Source: a virus
Strand: one strand, 5' to 3'
DNA: 41,032 nt
Virus genome (UHGV): UHGV-0278189
Shown here: positions 1 through 8,205 of the stretch, one piece after another
How positions within the stretch are numbered: position 1 is the stretch's first letter
Layout of the letters: each line of letters begins with the position of its first letter
Translations under genes and position numbers: made by a program
Notes under the pieces: generated by a model
The model's database searches: none
What the model was told of the DNA's origin: nothing
The model's input: the letters and a program-made list of their open reading frames with translations, nothing else

Positions 1-92
1 ATTTAATCTATCCCTTTATACGCAATACATTTACTTTCCTCTTTTGATGATCTTAAATGTCTTATTTTTCGTAATGTGTATAACAAGGAATA

Positions 93-611
93 GTGATGAA
101 ATTTAAAAAATGTCTTCTGCCTGTGGCAATGTTAGCGTCATTCACTCTGGCAGGATGCCAGTCAAATGCTGACGATCATGCTGCCGATGTTTATCAAACC
201 GATCAACTGAATACCAAACAAGAAACTAAAACCGTTAATATTATTTCCATTCTTCCCGCAAAAGTTGCCGTAGACAACTCCCAAAATAAACGGAACGCAC
301 AAGCCTTCGGCGCGCTTATTGGCGCAGTCGCTGGCGGTGTTATCGGCCACAACGTCGGGTCTGGCAGCAATTCCGGAACGACGGCAGGTGCAGTTGGCGG
401 CGGAGCTGTAGGCGCGGCAGCGGGTTCTATGGTGAATGATAAAACCTTAGTGGAAGGTGTTTCTTTAACCTATAAGGAAGGCACCAAAGTGTATACCTCT
501 ACCCAGGTGGGTAAAGAGTGCCAGTTTACGACAGGTTTAGCCGTTGTTATTACCACGACGTATAACGAAACGCGTATTCAGCCAAATACCAAATGTCCTG
601 AAAAGAGCTAA
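93..611 (+). CDS. yfgH: Host lipoprotein with glycine-zipper segment (YfgH-like)
   Basis: 172-aa ORF with signal peptide and LAGC lipobox, followed by a Gly/Ala-rich GxxxG stretch; length and N-terminus match my recollection of E. coli YfgH; lies outside the prophage. Confidence 0.6.
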   Translation: MMKFKKCLLPVAMLASFTLAGCQSNADDHAADVYQTDQLNTKQETKTVNIISILPAKVAVDNSQNKRNAQAFGALIGAVAGGVIGHNVGSGSNSGTTAGAVGGGAVGAAAGSMVNDKTLVEGVSLTYKEGTKVYTSTQVGKECQFTTGLAVVITTTYNETRIQPNTKCPEKS

Positions 612-626
612 TAATCAGGAGGAGTC

Positions 627-1166
627 ATGAAGAAAGTTTTTCTTTGCGCCATCTTAGCCTCCTTAAGCTATCCGGCTATCGCCTCATCATTGCAGGATCA
701 ACTCTCTGCTGTCGCAGAAGCGGAACAGCAAGGTAAAAATGAAGAGCAAAGGCAGCATGACGAATGGGTCGCGGAGCGCAACAGGGAAATCCAGCAAGAG
801 AAGCAACGTCGCGCAAATGCCCAGGCCGCCGCTAACAAAAGAGCGGCAACGGCAGCGGCAAATAAGAAAGCTCGTCAGGATAAACTGGACGCCGAAGCCT
901 CTGCGGACAAAAAACGCGATCAAAGTTATGAAGATGAGCTACGCAGCTTAGAGATTCAGAAACAAAAACTGGCGCTGGCGAAAGAAGAAGCCCGCGTTAA
1001 GCGAGAAAACGAATTTATCGATCAGGAACTGAAGCACAAAGCTGCGCAAACCGATGTGGTGCAATCTGAAGCTGACGCCAACAGAAATATGACTGAAGGC
1101 GGTCGCGATCTGATGAAAAGCGTGGGCAAAGCAGAAGAGAACAAATCGGACAGCTGGTTTAATTAA
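627..1166 (+). CDS. yfgI: Host secreted Lys/Glu/Ala-rich coiled-coil protein (YfgI-like)
   Basis: 179-aa ORF with N-terminal signal peptide; AGGAGG-like RBS (caggagga) just upstream; adjacent to yfgH-like gene as in E. coli gene order (recollection). Confidence 0.5.
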   Translation: MKKVFLCAILASLSYPAIASSLQDQLSAVAEAEQQGKNEEQRQHDEWVAERNREIQQEKQRRANAQAAANKRAATAAANKKARQDKLDAEASADKKRDQSYEDELRSLEIQKQKLALAKEEARVKRENEFIDQELKHKAAQTDVVQSEADANRNMTEGGRDLMKSVGKAEENKSDSWFN

Positions 1167-1204
1167 TCGATGTTAGTAACTTCAATCCTATAATTCTTGA
1201 AGAT

Positions 1205-1237
1205 AAAAAACCCTCTGTAGTAACAGAGGGTTTTGTT
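1205..1237. terminator. Rho-independent terminator after yfgI-like gene (possibly bidirectional)
   Basis: aaaaaa-CCCTCTG-tagtaa-CAGAGGG-ttttgtt: 7-bp stem with A-run before and T-run after. Confidence 0.7.
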
Positions 1238-1383
1238 CATTCATAGTGCAGGGTCAAATCATTCCCACTCAATTATTTACGACAATCATAACCAATTGAG
1301 TGATAACATTTTTCCAAAGTTCAACTTTTCCCGTACCGTTTTATATACCGTCACCGGAAATCAGTGCCATGAAAAATACCATG

Positions 1384-1866
1384 CTATCTGGTCAGGGTGT
1401 CGTACTGTTTTTCGCAGACTCTTCCGGCTTCGGCTGCCCGGTCAGCATACTCTGCCAGTTGTCTGTTTCTCTCGAGAGATTTGCTGAGCACGTCGGCAAG
1501 CAAAACTCCGGTGTCTGCGGCTGACGACCCAGCGCCGACAATGGCGTTATACTGCCTGAGCTGCTCACGGATGGCAACGAGCTGTTGCTGCAACCTGCCA
1601 GCGCGAGCGGCAGCATCAAGAGCATCGCTGCGCGCCTGATCGATCCTCTGCTGCGCTTCACGTTCATTGGTCGCTTTCTCCTGTTCGTAGTACTGACGAA
1701 CTTTTTCTTCTTCGGCTTTGCGGTCTTCTTCCGCCTGCGCATACCCGGCATCGTACTGGCGACTGCCGTGTGCATTCCAGGCTACAACTCCTGATATGAC
1801 CAGAACAGCAAGCATCGCCATGATAACCAACTGTTTCCAGTATGCTTTTGCGAATGCCCAGATCAT
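1384..1866 (-). CDS. Rz-like inner-membrane spanin (i-spanin)
   Basis: 160 aa; N-terminal TM helix followed by charged coiled-coil (Ala/Glu/Arg/Gln-rich); start overlaps endolysin stop by 4 nt; last gene of lysis cassette. Confidence 0.7.
   Translation of the reverse strand: MIWAFAKAYWKQLVIMAMLAVLVISGVVAWNAHGSRQYDAGYAQAEEDRKAEEEKVRQYYEQEKATNEREAQQRIDQARSDALDAAARAGRLQQQLVAIREQLRQYNAIVGAGSSAADTGVLLADVLSKSLERNRQLAEYADRAAEAGRVCEKQYDTLTR
1392..1625 (-). CDS. Rz1-like outer-membrane lipoprotein spanin (o-spanin), embedded in Rz in another frame
   Basis: Internal Met of overlapping ORF 1392..1775 gives [16 protein letters not shown] (lipobox LAGC) and a Pro/Ser-rich 77-aa product; classic embedded Rz1 arrangement; ATG (cat on + strand) at 1623-1625. 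Confidence 0.6.
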   Translation of the reverse strand: MLLMLPLALAGCSNSSLPSVSSSGSITPLSALGRQPQTPEFCLPTCSANLSRETDNWQSMLTGQPKPEESAKNSTTP

Positions 1867-2492
1867 ACCGCCAGCACCTTACTGGCAGTGATGTATCGCG
1901 CGCGCCGGTCATCAATGCCGTTCCGGCCACCATTGATAAGCAGAGTTACACGTGCAATATCTCCGGTATACTTCATGCAGCCTTTGCTGGCGAAGAACCA
2001 CGCCGCGCTACGAGCCGCATATTCGTCCTGCGCCAGCAGTTCAGGGCTCTCCAGCAGGTCAACCTTCAGACCGTTTCCGCAATCACGATAGTTATTCAAA
2101 CCGGTAATCTGGATAAGTCCGCGCCCTCGGTAATTCCAGCCATCACCAGGGGCATTGTTCCCCATGCGTTTGCTGTACACCAGATTGGCAATCGCTCTCT
2201 GGCGCTCAGGTGGCAATGGTGGTTCGCCTGCGCGTCGCCCCAATGCGTTGGCCTGTCCCTGAGTGAGACGCCCAGCCCGAACAAAGTTAGCCAGTCCGCT
2301 GACGCTGTAGTTGAAATTCTCCTGCAACCGGGTGAAGCCTCCAGACTCATGCCCGACCTGAGCAATAAACATAGCCTGATCTTCTGGTTTGCTGATACCA
2401 AACTCTTTCATCGCAGAAGTTATATGCGAGAACCAGCGTGCGGCCAGTGCCTCGCTGATACCAGCAGCTCGCTGGAATTGTTTAATCTCCAT
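1863..2492 (-). CDS. Endolysin, glycoside hydrolase family 19 (chitinase-like lysozyme)
   Basis: Starts [13 protein letters not shown]...; motifs [24 protein letters not shown] typical of GH19 phage endolysins; start chosen at internal ATG 2490-2492 (ORF track extends to 2657); no signal peptide. Confidence 0.8.
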   Translation of the reverse strand: MEIKQFQRAAGISEALAARWFSHITSAMKEFGISKPEDQAMFIAQVGHESGGFTRLQENFNYSVSGLANFVRAGRLTQGQANALGRRAGEPPLPPERQRAIANLVYSKRMGNNAPGDGWNYRGRGLIQITGLNNYRDCGNGLKVDLLESPELLAQDEYAARSAAWFFASKGCMKYTGDIARVTLLINGGRNGIDDRRARYITASKVLAV

Positions 2493-2790
2493 GTTTAGAC
2501 CTCGATACTTTGAAAATTTGAACGACGTTACCGCGCGTTTTAATAACCGCAGCAAGCATGACAGCGTTGATAATGACCTCGGATAAATCCACAGCCATTG
2601 GCGTACGTAACCAGATTGCATAGGCGACTCGAACAGGAATACTGGCCGCAGCAACAATCAGGAAATAAGCAAGCCATCCTCCCCACCTTCGGTGTTGAGA
2701 GCCGTTACGCCGGAATGTGACAACGCGAATTGCTATGCCAGTGCAAATAACTGCATTGGTGATAAGCAAAAAAAACTCATGCGTTACCAT
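2482..2790 (-). CDS. Small membrane protein, holin/antiholin-like
   Basis: 102 aa with two hydrophobic helices; overlaps holin stop and endolysin start; position in lysis cassette. Confidence 0.5.
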   Translation of the reverse strand: MVTHEFFLLITNAVICTGIAIRVVTFRRNGSQHRRWGGWLAYFLIVAAASIPVRVAYAIWLRTPMAVDLSEVIINAVMLAAVIKTRGNVVQIFKVSRSKHGD

Positions 2791-3181
2791 CGTCTTTTCT
2801 CCCCGGAATTAACTCGCGTGGATTATCGGAACGGTGATAGAGCCATATACCAATACGCACAGCGACAATTGCTGACACGAATGCGCCTGCAGAGAAAACA
2901 ATCCCTTTTTCAAAAGAGTCCTGCGTGATGGTAGGGATCAGGCTGGCTATGCCGATAAGAATTGATGCTGCTGGTTTGTAAAAGAGAAGGCCGCAAAGAA
3001 AGCTGAGCATCGACAGGAGCACCCGGCGACGGATGGGGTACTCTACTGCAGAGGTAACAAAAATTACCGCCCCAGCCAAAGCCCCTAAAGCAACCTCCGG
3101 AGGGACACCTGCAATAACCGCAGCAAGAGAACCAAAACTAAGCAACTGATTTAATTGCTCACTTGTTACTTGAGCAGACAT
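2777..3181 (-). CDS. Holin-like membrane protein
   Basis: 134 aa with several hydrophobic helices; first gene of lysis cassette, preceded by 306-bp AT-rich non-coding region. Confidence 0.55.
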   Translation of the reverse strand: MSAQVTSEQLNQLLSFGSLAAVIAGVPPEVALGALAGAVIFVTSAVEYPIRRRVLLSMLSFLCGLLFYKPAASILIGIASLIPTITQDSFEKGIVFSAGAFVSAIVAVRIGIWLYHRSDNPRELIPGRKDDGNA

Positions 3182-3461
3182 ACTTTCTCCTGTTTACTAT
3201 CTATAAGCCAGTCAATTATTGATGACTAAACCCGCATAGTAAACCATATATGAATCATTATTGTTCCGTATCATATATCTCAATAAAAGTACTAATGATT
3301 TTACAGAACGAGCCAGCAGAGTGGGGGCAGTTGTACAGGAACCATAGACTTAATTTTGTATTTAATAATGCTATGGTGTAATAAACCTGAACATGTATTT
3401 AAAATACGTACTGATTCATGATAGAATTCAAAGATAACTTTTCACAAACTCCGTTTTTGAT

Positions 3462-3490
3462 ACCCGCAAAATATTGCGGGCTTTTTTTTA
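3462..3490. terminator. Hairpin at 3' end of tailspike gene (weak terminator)
   Basis: cccgcaaaatattgcggg with A/T runs on both sides; overlaps tailspike stop codon; T-run is on the + strand side so function on the - strand is uncertain. Confidence 0.4.
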
Positions 3491-6400
3491 ACGTTCTTCC
3501 AGAGACTGAATCCGCTCTTTTATCTTATCCATTTCTCTGCGCTGCCATGCTGCCTCGATATAGAATAAGAGATCAGGTCTGACCCCCCATCTAGATCCTG
3601 CTGGCGTTATTTCAACGCGCTCAATGATGTCTTCCATTACCATCACTGGATTATCATCCTCATCAACAATGATGCTCCCGTCATTATCAGTCAGCGGCAT
3701 TTCCCTTTGGCCAGTAATGACGTCATCATATACTGCGGGATAATCGTCATAGCAAAGAAAGGCATAGCGGCATGTTGTGCTTTCTTCTTCCATGAGTCCG
3801 TGAGAAATAAGAACATCACGAAGTTGCTGCGCGATTACACCATGATGTATCCTCGCCCCTTCTTCCCCCTTTATAGCGACAGCGTTCAGCCATTTATAAG
3901 CGATATACCTGACGTCACCCCAGGCATCCAGCAATGCTTCGTCAGGAGAGACCGGCTCTGTCTTTAATGTTCCGTCACTGGTAACCACAGGATTGGAGCC
4001 AAGATAAACTGTCGAGAACCTGTTTCCCGGACCACCAAGAGCATTTACATTATCAAGATAAGGTTTAACATCTCCGTTCTCAAAAAGATGTTCGAGTGCG
4101 TTATATACCGCGCGACGTGGAGTACTGCTTCCGGAACCATGCAACGTTATCATTGCACCATCTGCTGAAGACGTTGTTTCACCGCCGCTAACGATTAATC
4201 TCTGAGCGGTAACATCATCAGACGGTACTTTCTTCGCAATAATGGCGTAATTACCCTCAAGTTTGACTTCCGCGCGAACTTGTCCTGATGTACCTGCATG
4301 GACAGTCAGTGACTGGACGGCAACATCATCTGTGAAATCAACGGGTACAGGAACCGTCCTCACGCCTGACGTCGACATAAAAGTAGGAAGCGTTCTGTTA
4401 GGAGTGGCTCCGTAGACAAAATCCCTTGAAACAAATTCTTCCTGTTTAATTTTCACCCTGAAACAATACAAATCAGCCGGGTGACCATCGTGAACATAAG
4501 GATATTTTCTGTTGTTATCCCCTATGCTCCATGGGTTTAGAAAGTCTTCCCCACCGAAAATGTAGTACAGCCAGTTGTCTTTGATACAAACTGAACCAAC
4601 ACCAACCGCAGAGTTAACTATTCCGCCCTGATAAATCTGATCAGTAACATTAACCCACTCTACATTATCCAGACTCCACTCATTGACGTTAACTCTGGTC
4701 ATAAATGTTCTTGGATAATTTCCTGCATAACGGTTATCAGGTTCTCCTCCTTCCCACTCACCAAATGCGCGCTCACTGCCAAAAATAATCAGCTCATCGC
4801 CAACTTTGGCAAAAGGAAGGTTTGAGTGATGAACATTATTTGGGAAGCGAAGAGAATTCCATGATGTACCTAAATCAGAGCTTCTGTGCAATGAACTACC
4901 GGGTTGAGTACTTAATGTCCCCCTGGTCGTCAGATACAGAATGCCATCATAATATTTTACACATGGCTCAGATGCATTCGCCTCATATTCTACAGGTATG
5001 CGTCTGCGAACAAAGCTACCAGGAGAACCGAAAGCATCAGAGAAATAGAGTATCCCAAGCTCGCGTGGACCAATATCACCATTATGGTAGCCAACAGCAA
5101 AACTGTTATCGCTAATCGTCGCAAAACTGTGAATCTCAGTAACAGGAGTGCTTCCGTCAACAAAAGAAGGAATAGTTCCAAGACTGGTTTTTCTCCATGG
5201 TGACGAGTGAAATGATGTGCCAAAACTCCAGTATCTACCCTCGTTATTCTGATCCACATCCTGGGTATTTTTCGTCGTAACTGTAAAGGTATTTTTATCA
5301 ATAACAGTAGTCACCGTCATATTCCCGGTAACACCTGTAACACCAGAGTTTGAGAAGTTGACAAAATCACCAGCAAATAATCCGTGATCAGTAATGCGAA
5401 TATAAGCGACTTGCTGATTTGCTGCTTTCGTTATACCACCATAAACGCGAAGGCTGCGACTCATTGGGCGATCCCACAACTCTGCAACCTGCAGTTTATT
5501 TCCGCTCACGGTCCGCGTCTCAATTACAGCAAAAAGGCGATTTCTGACAACCCCCATACTCATGCAGTGATAGTTAACTGTGGGATAGTTTTCATGTAAA
5601 TCTGTAAGCCATTCCGGCGTTGTCCAGGTCTTCCCGTCATCTCCTGAGCGAACCCATGCAACATGGAGGTTATTTACACCATGGCGGTCTCCAGCCATAA
5701 AAGGCGCATAGATGACATTGTCATATACAAACGTTTTATCCTGCGTCCAGGCGTTGTACCACGGTGTATCTGTAATTTTAAATAACTCTCCCTGGATAAA
5801 ATCTTCAGAAGCATAAAAAAGAGGTTGGCCCGGTATTCTCTCAAATAAAAAACGAGCATTTTTAAATCGACTGACATCCGGAAGAGTTGATACTTTAAAA
5901 GTAAGCCCTAATCCGTCAATTTTATAACCTGGAGATGAGGCTTCAAGGCACGCGCTTATTGCAGTGGAATCGTCATTTATACCATCACCAACAGCTCCAA
6001 AATCTTTGGGGCTAATAGCATCACGCATTTTATCCTGGAACGTTCGGTACACAGCCCCAGAACCATACTGAATAAACCAACCAAAACCACCAACAACCCC
6101 GGAGATTGCAGCATCGACATAATTACGCATTGAGCGATTATTTACAGCGTCCTGCTCAAATGATGGATCTGCAAGGTTAGAAATTTTGTTTTGCTTTGCA
6201 TCGTAATATTTTGCAAGCAAAGATGGTTTCATCAATGCACGTCTGAACCACCCAAAACATTGCTGGATCAGCATCGTCAGATAGTCAAAGGCATCTTCAT
6301 GCACCTCGGGGAAAAATTTTCCCTGATTACGAAGATCAGTCTCCTGCACCACATCAAGCACACGATCTATCGTAATTCGCCATCCAGCAGCAAGCGGCGA

Positions 6401-6607
6401 CGGAAGAACAACAGAACCGCCACTATAAGTGCCCGCCCCAGTTACCGTATAACCGGTATCCAGTACTAGTTCTGTTACGTTACCGTTAAGGTCAGACACC
6501 TGAACAACCAGGTCGGATTTTTTGAAAATACGGAAGGTATACGGAAATGATGTCGTAACGCCGTTACCAGTGTATTCGTTGTGGTCAACTTCGGTTGAGA
6601 CCGTCAT
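3488..6607 (-). CDS. Tailspike with Asp-box (BNR) beta-propeller-like region and C-terminal intramolecular chaperone-like domain; possible endosialidase
   Basis: 1039 aa; N-terminus MTVSTEVDHNEYTGNGVTTSFPYTFRIFKKSDLVVQV looks like a conserved particle-binding domain; two Asp-boxes (SGDDGKTW, SSDLGTSW); last ~160 aa resemble the self-cleaving chaperone domain of endosialidases and some tail fibers, with a Ser-x4-Lys pattern (TSDGTLK); GGAG RBS. Confidence 0.7.
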   Translation of the reverse strand: MTVSTEVDHNEYTGNGVTTSFPYTFRIFKKSDLVVQVSDLNGNVTELVLDTGYTVTGAGTYSGGSVVLPSPLAAGWRITIDRVLDVVQETDLRNQGKFFPEVHEDAFDYLTMLIQQCFGWFRRALMKPSLLAKYYDAKQNKISNLADPSFEQDAVNNRSMRNYVDAAISGVVGGFGWFIQYGSGAVYRTFQDKMRDAISPKDFGAVGDGINDDSTAISACLEASSPGYKIDGLGLTFKVSTLPDVSRFKNARFLFERIPGQPLFYASEDFIQGELFKITDTPWYNAWTQDKTFVYDNVIYAPFMAGDRHGVNNLHVAWVRSGDDGKTWTTPEWLTDLHENYPTVNYHCMSMGVVRNRLFAVIETRTVSGNKLQVAELWDRPMSRSLRVYGGITKAANQQVAYIRITDHGLFAGDFVNFSNSGVTGVTGNMTVTTVIDKNTFTVTTKNTQDVDQNNEGRYWSFGTSFHSSPWRKTSLGTIPSFVDGSTPVTEIHSFATISDNSFAVGYHNGDIGPRELGILYFSDAFGSPGSFVRRRIPVEYEANASEPCVKYYDGILYLTTRGTLSTQPGSSLHRSSDLGTSWNSLRFPNNVHHSNLPFAKVGDELIIFGSERAFGEWEGGEPDNRYAGNYPRTFMTRVNVNEWSLDNVEWVNVTDQIYQGGIVNSAVGVGSVCIKDNWLYYIFGGEDFLNPWSIGDNNRKYPYVHDGHPADLYCFRVKIKQEEFVSRDFVYGATPNRTLPTFMSTSGVRTVPVPVDFTDDVAVQSLTVHAGTSGQVRAEVKLEGNYAIIAKKVPSDDVTAQRLIVSGGETTSSADGAMITLHGSGSSTPRRAVYNALEHLFENGDVKPYLDNVNALGGPGNRFSTVYLGSNPVVTSDGTLKTEPVSPDEALLDAWGDVRYIAYKWLNAVAIKGEEGARIHHGVIAQQLRDVLISHGLMEEESTTCRYAFLCYDDYPAVYDDVITGQREMPLTDNDGSIIVDEDDNPVMVMEDIIERVEITPAGSRWGVRPDLLFYIEAAWQRREMDKIKERIQSLEER

Positions 6608-6710
6608 GTTAAATCTCCAGATAGTCGCAGCACCCGTTGCGCCGCATATCTGGTTATTCTATTACCTGAAAAACCACATATGGATAGAAAGACTGTGAAT
6701 ACGAATAGAT

Positions 6711-6727
6711 ATTACCTTTCGGGTAAT
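6711..6727. promoter_or_regulatory. Operator-like palindrome TTACC-N5-GGTAA (copy 1)
   Basis: aTTACCtttcgGGTAAt between divergent tailspike and 6803 gene. Confidence 0.6.
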
Positions 6728-6802
6728 TTGCAAAACGTGCTGGATAGCAAACAAATTATTTGATACTGTATAAATATACAGTTATTGCATGGAGAAGATA
6801 AG

Positions 6803-7060
6803 ATGCAGCAGTATCACTATCCACTGGAAGACGGATTTACCGAAAGGATTCACACGCCGGGAGGCGTCAGATCACTGGTGGAGGGATCGCACTTGATGAA
6901 ATTACTCCGGGATCTCGATAAGGATGGATTTAATGTCGATGGCCCACTTGCCGAACTGACTGCACTGATTAACTACGTCACCAGCTCACAGATGTCTATG
7001 CAGGATCTGCAAACACATCTCGACTATTGTGCCGAACAATTACGAAAACAAACCACATAA
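6803..7060 (+). CDS. Small protein paralogous to the C-terminal domain of the antirepressor
   Basis: 85 aa from ATG 6803 (GGAGAA RBS at 6791-6796; ORF track starts at TTG 6785); aligns by eye with the C-terminus of the 8206-8898 product (shared LM.LL, DG, AELT, QTH..Y). Confidence 0.55.
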   Translation: MQQYHYPLEDGFTERIHTPGGVRSLVEGSHLMKLLRDLDKDGFNVDGPLAELTALINYVTSSQMSMQDLQTHLDYCAEQLRKQTT

Positions 7061-7066
7061 AGAAAA

Positions 7067-7082
7067 GGCCGCTCTAGCGGCC
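7067..7082. terminator. Bidirectional terminator between convergent genes
   Basis: GGCCGC-tcta-GCGGCC hairpin with A-rich and T-rich flanks; overlaps stop of 7082-7810 gene. Confidence 0.6.
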
Positions 7083-7810
7083 TATCGTTTCGCTTTGTGC
7101 TCGTCCCAGCACGTTTTGCACCATGCCATTAAGCCGTCCGCATTTTGATTATTAGGGTAAAAGCTAGTTCGTTTTCTGCGGACATTACAAATTGGGCACC
7201 ACTTCATATGGCGTGTATTCTTTGGGCCATCGAGACACCTTGCACACCACTTAGTCAATCCATCTGGATTTTTTGACGATTTCCTGAATTTTTCATATGG
7301 AAGGTTTATTCTGCATCGCAAGCACTGCTTGCTACCACTTGAAACTCTGTTAGCTGATTCTTCTTTTGGCGGCGATACAGAAGGTATTCTTGCTGGCTCT
7401 GATACTGCCTGAGGTGCTTTTTTAGATGACTGAGACGATATGTCATCACCAGGGAATCTTCCATGATATGCCGGACGCGTTGACACTCCGGGTGGAAGCT
7501 CAGCTGTAAACGGCTTTGGCTGAATCAGTTGCCTCTCTTTTGCTAACTCCTGCTGTTTATAATATGTCTGGATTACCGCGCTATCATAAGCAGGAGGTAC
7601 GGAAATATTAGGCGCATTATCTCCCGTTTTTTGAAACTGAGTGGAGGTGTGTTCTATCACCTGTGTACGATTAATCGTTATCTCCCCATCTTCAGTCTTT
7701 ATCGTTTTGTTATGATTAACGACCGTACGATCAGAGATCTTAGTCTTGTTCTGGTTGATAACGTAAATAATCACCGCAACCACACCAACAACTACCCAGA
7801 AAACTTCCAT
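7082..7810 (-). CDS. Single-pass membrane protein with C-terminal tandem CxxC zinc-ribbon motifs (function unknown)
   Basis: 242 aa; N-terminal TM helix (VFWVVVGVVAVIIYVI); C-terminus has four CxxC motifs (CLRC, CARC, CPIC, CKTC) in two ribbon-like pairs; GAGGA RBS; operator-like site 20 bp upstream. Confidence 0.6.
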   Translation of the reverse strand: MEVFWVVVGVVAVIIYVINQNKTKISDRTVVNHNKTIKTEDGEITINRTQVIEHTSTQFQKTGDNAPNISVPPAYDSAVIQTYYKQQELAKERQLIQPKPFTAELPPGVSTRPAYHGRFPGDDISSQSSKKAPQAVSEPARIPSVSPPKEESANRVSSGSKQCLRCRINLPYEKFRKSSKNPDGLTKWCARCLDGPKNTRHMKWCPICNVRRKRTSFYPNNQNADGLMAWCKTCWDEHKAKR

Positions 7811-7829
7811 TGCCTTTCCTCACAATAAC

Positions 7830-7846
7830 ATTACCTTAAAGGTAAT
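7830..7846. promoter_or_regulatory. Operator-like palindrome TTACC-N5-GGTAA (copy 2)
   Basis: aTTACCttaaaGGTAAt, 20 bp upstream of the 7810 start codon and in the antirepressor leader. Confidence 0.6.
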
Positions 7847-7922
7847 ATCTTGCTTTCAGGTGATCAAGCGTTAAACGCAATCAACCAAATACGGTTGATT
7901 TTAATATTTCTTCGCGTTTATC

Positions 7923-7939
7923 ATTACCTTTGCGGTAAA
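7923..7939. promoter_or_regulatory. Operator-like palindrome TTACC-N5-GGTAA (copy 3)
   Basis: aTTACCtttgcGGTAAa in the 395-bp leader upstream of the antirepressor gene. Confidence 0.6.
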
Positions 7940-8205
7940 TTTACATCGCACTCCTCTTGTGCCATAGTAATCGGGCACTGGCAAAATCCAGTGCCGGGAT
8001 TGGTCTCCCGGATTACTACAGAGGCACATATGCCGCATAAGCGGTTTTTTTATGTGTAAAGCGCACCTATTCTATGGTGGGCTGTGTGGGGGCACCGAAA
8101 GGTGCGCCGGGTTCCTTTGTAGCCGGTAAGACCAACTCTGCACAGTTCACCACCATCTGATTGGTCTCAGCGGTGGTGATTAACCTAACTACAAAGGTGA
8201 TCGCC

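Noticed and set aside
1842-2498. 218-aa ORF on + strand
   Set aside because: Entirely antisense to the GH19 endolysin gene, whose product has clear family motifs; no RBS.
2493-2657. N-terminal 55-codon extension of the endolysin ORF in the track
   Set aside because: Extension overlaps the upstream membrane-protein gene; the conserved endolysin sequence begins at the internal ATG (MEIKQF...).
7850-8059. 69-aa ORF on + strand in the antirepressor leader
   Set aside because: Lies across operator copy 3 and hairpins; no RBS; region better explained as regulatory RNA/DNA.
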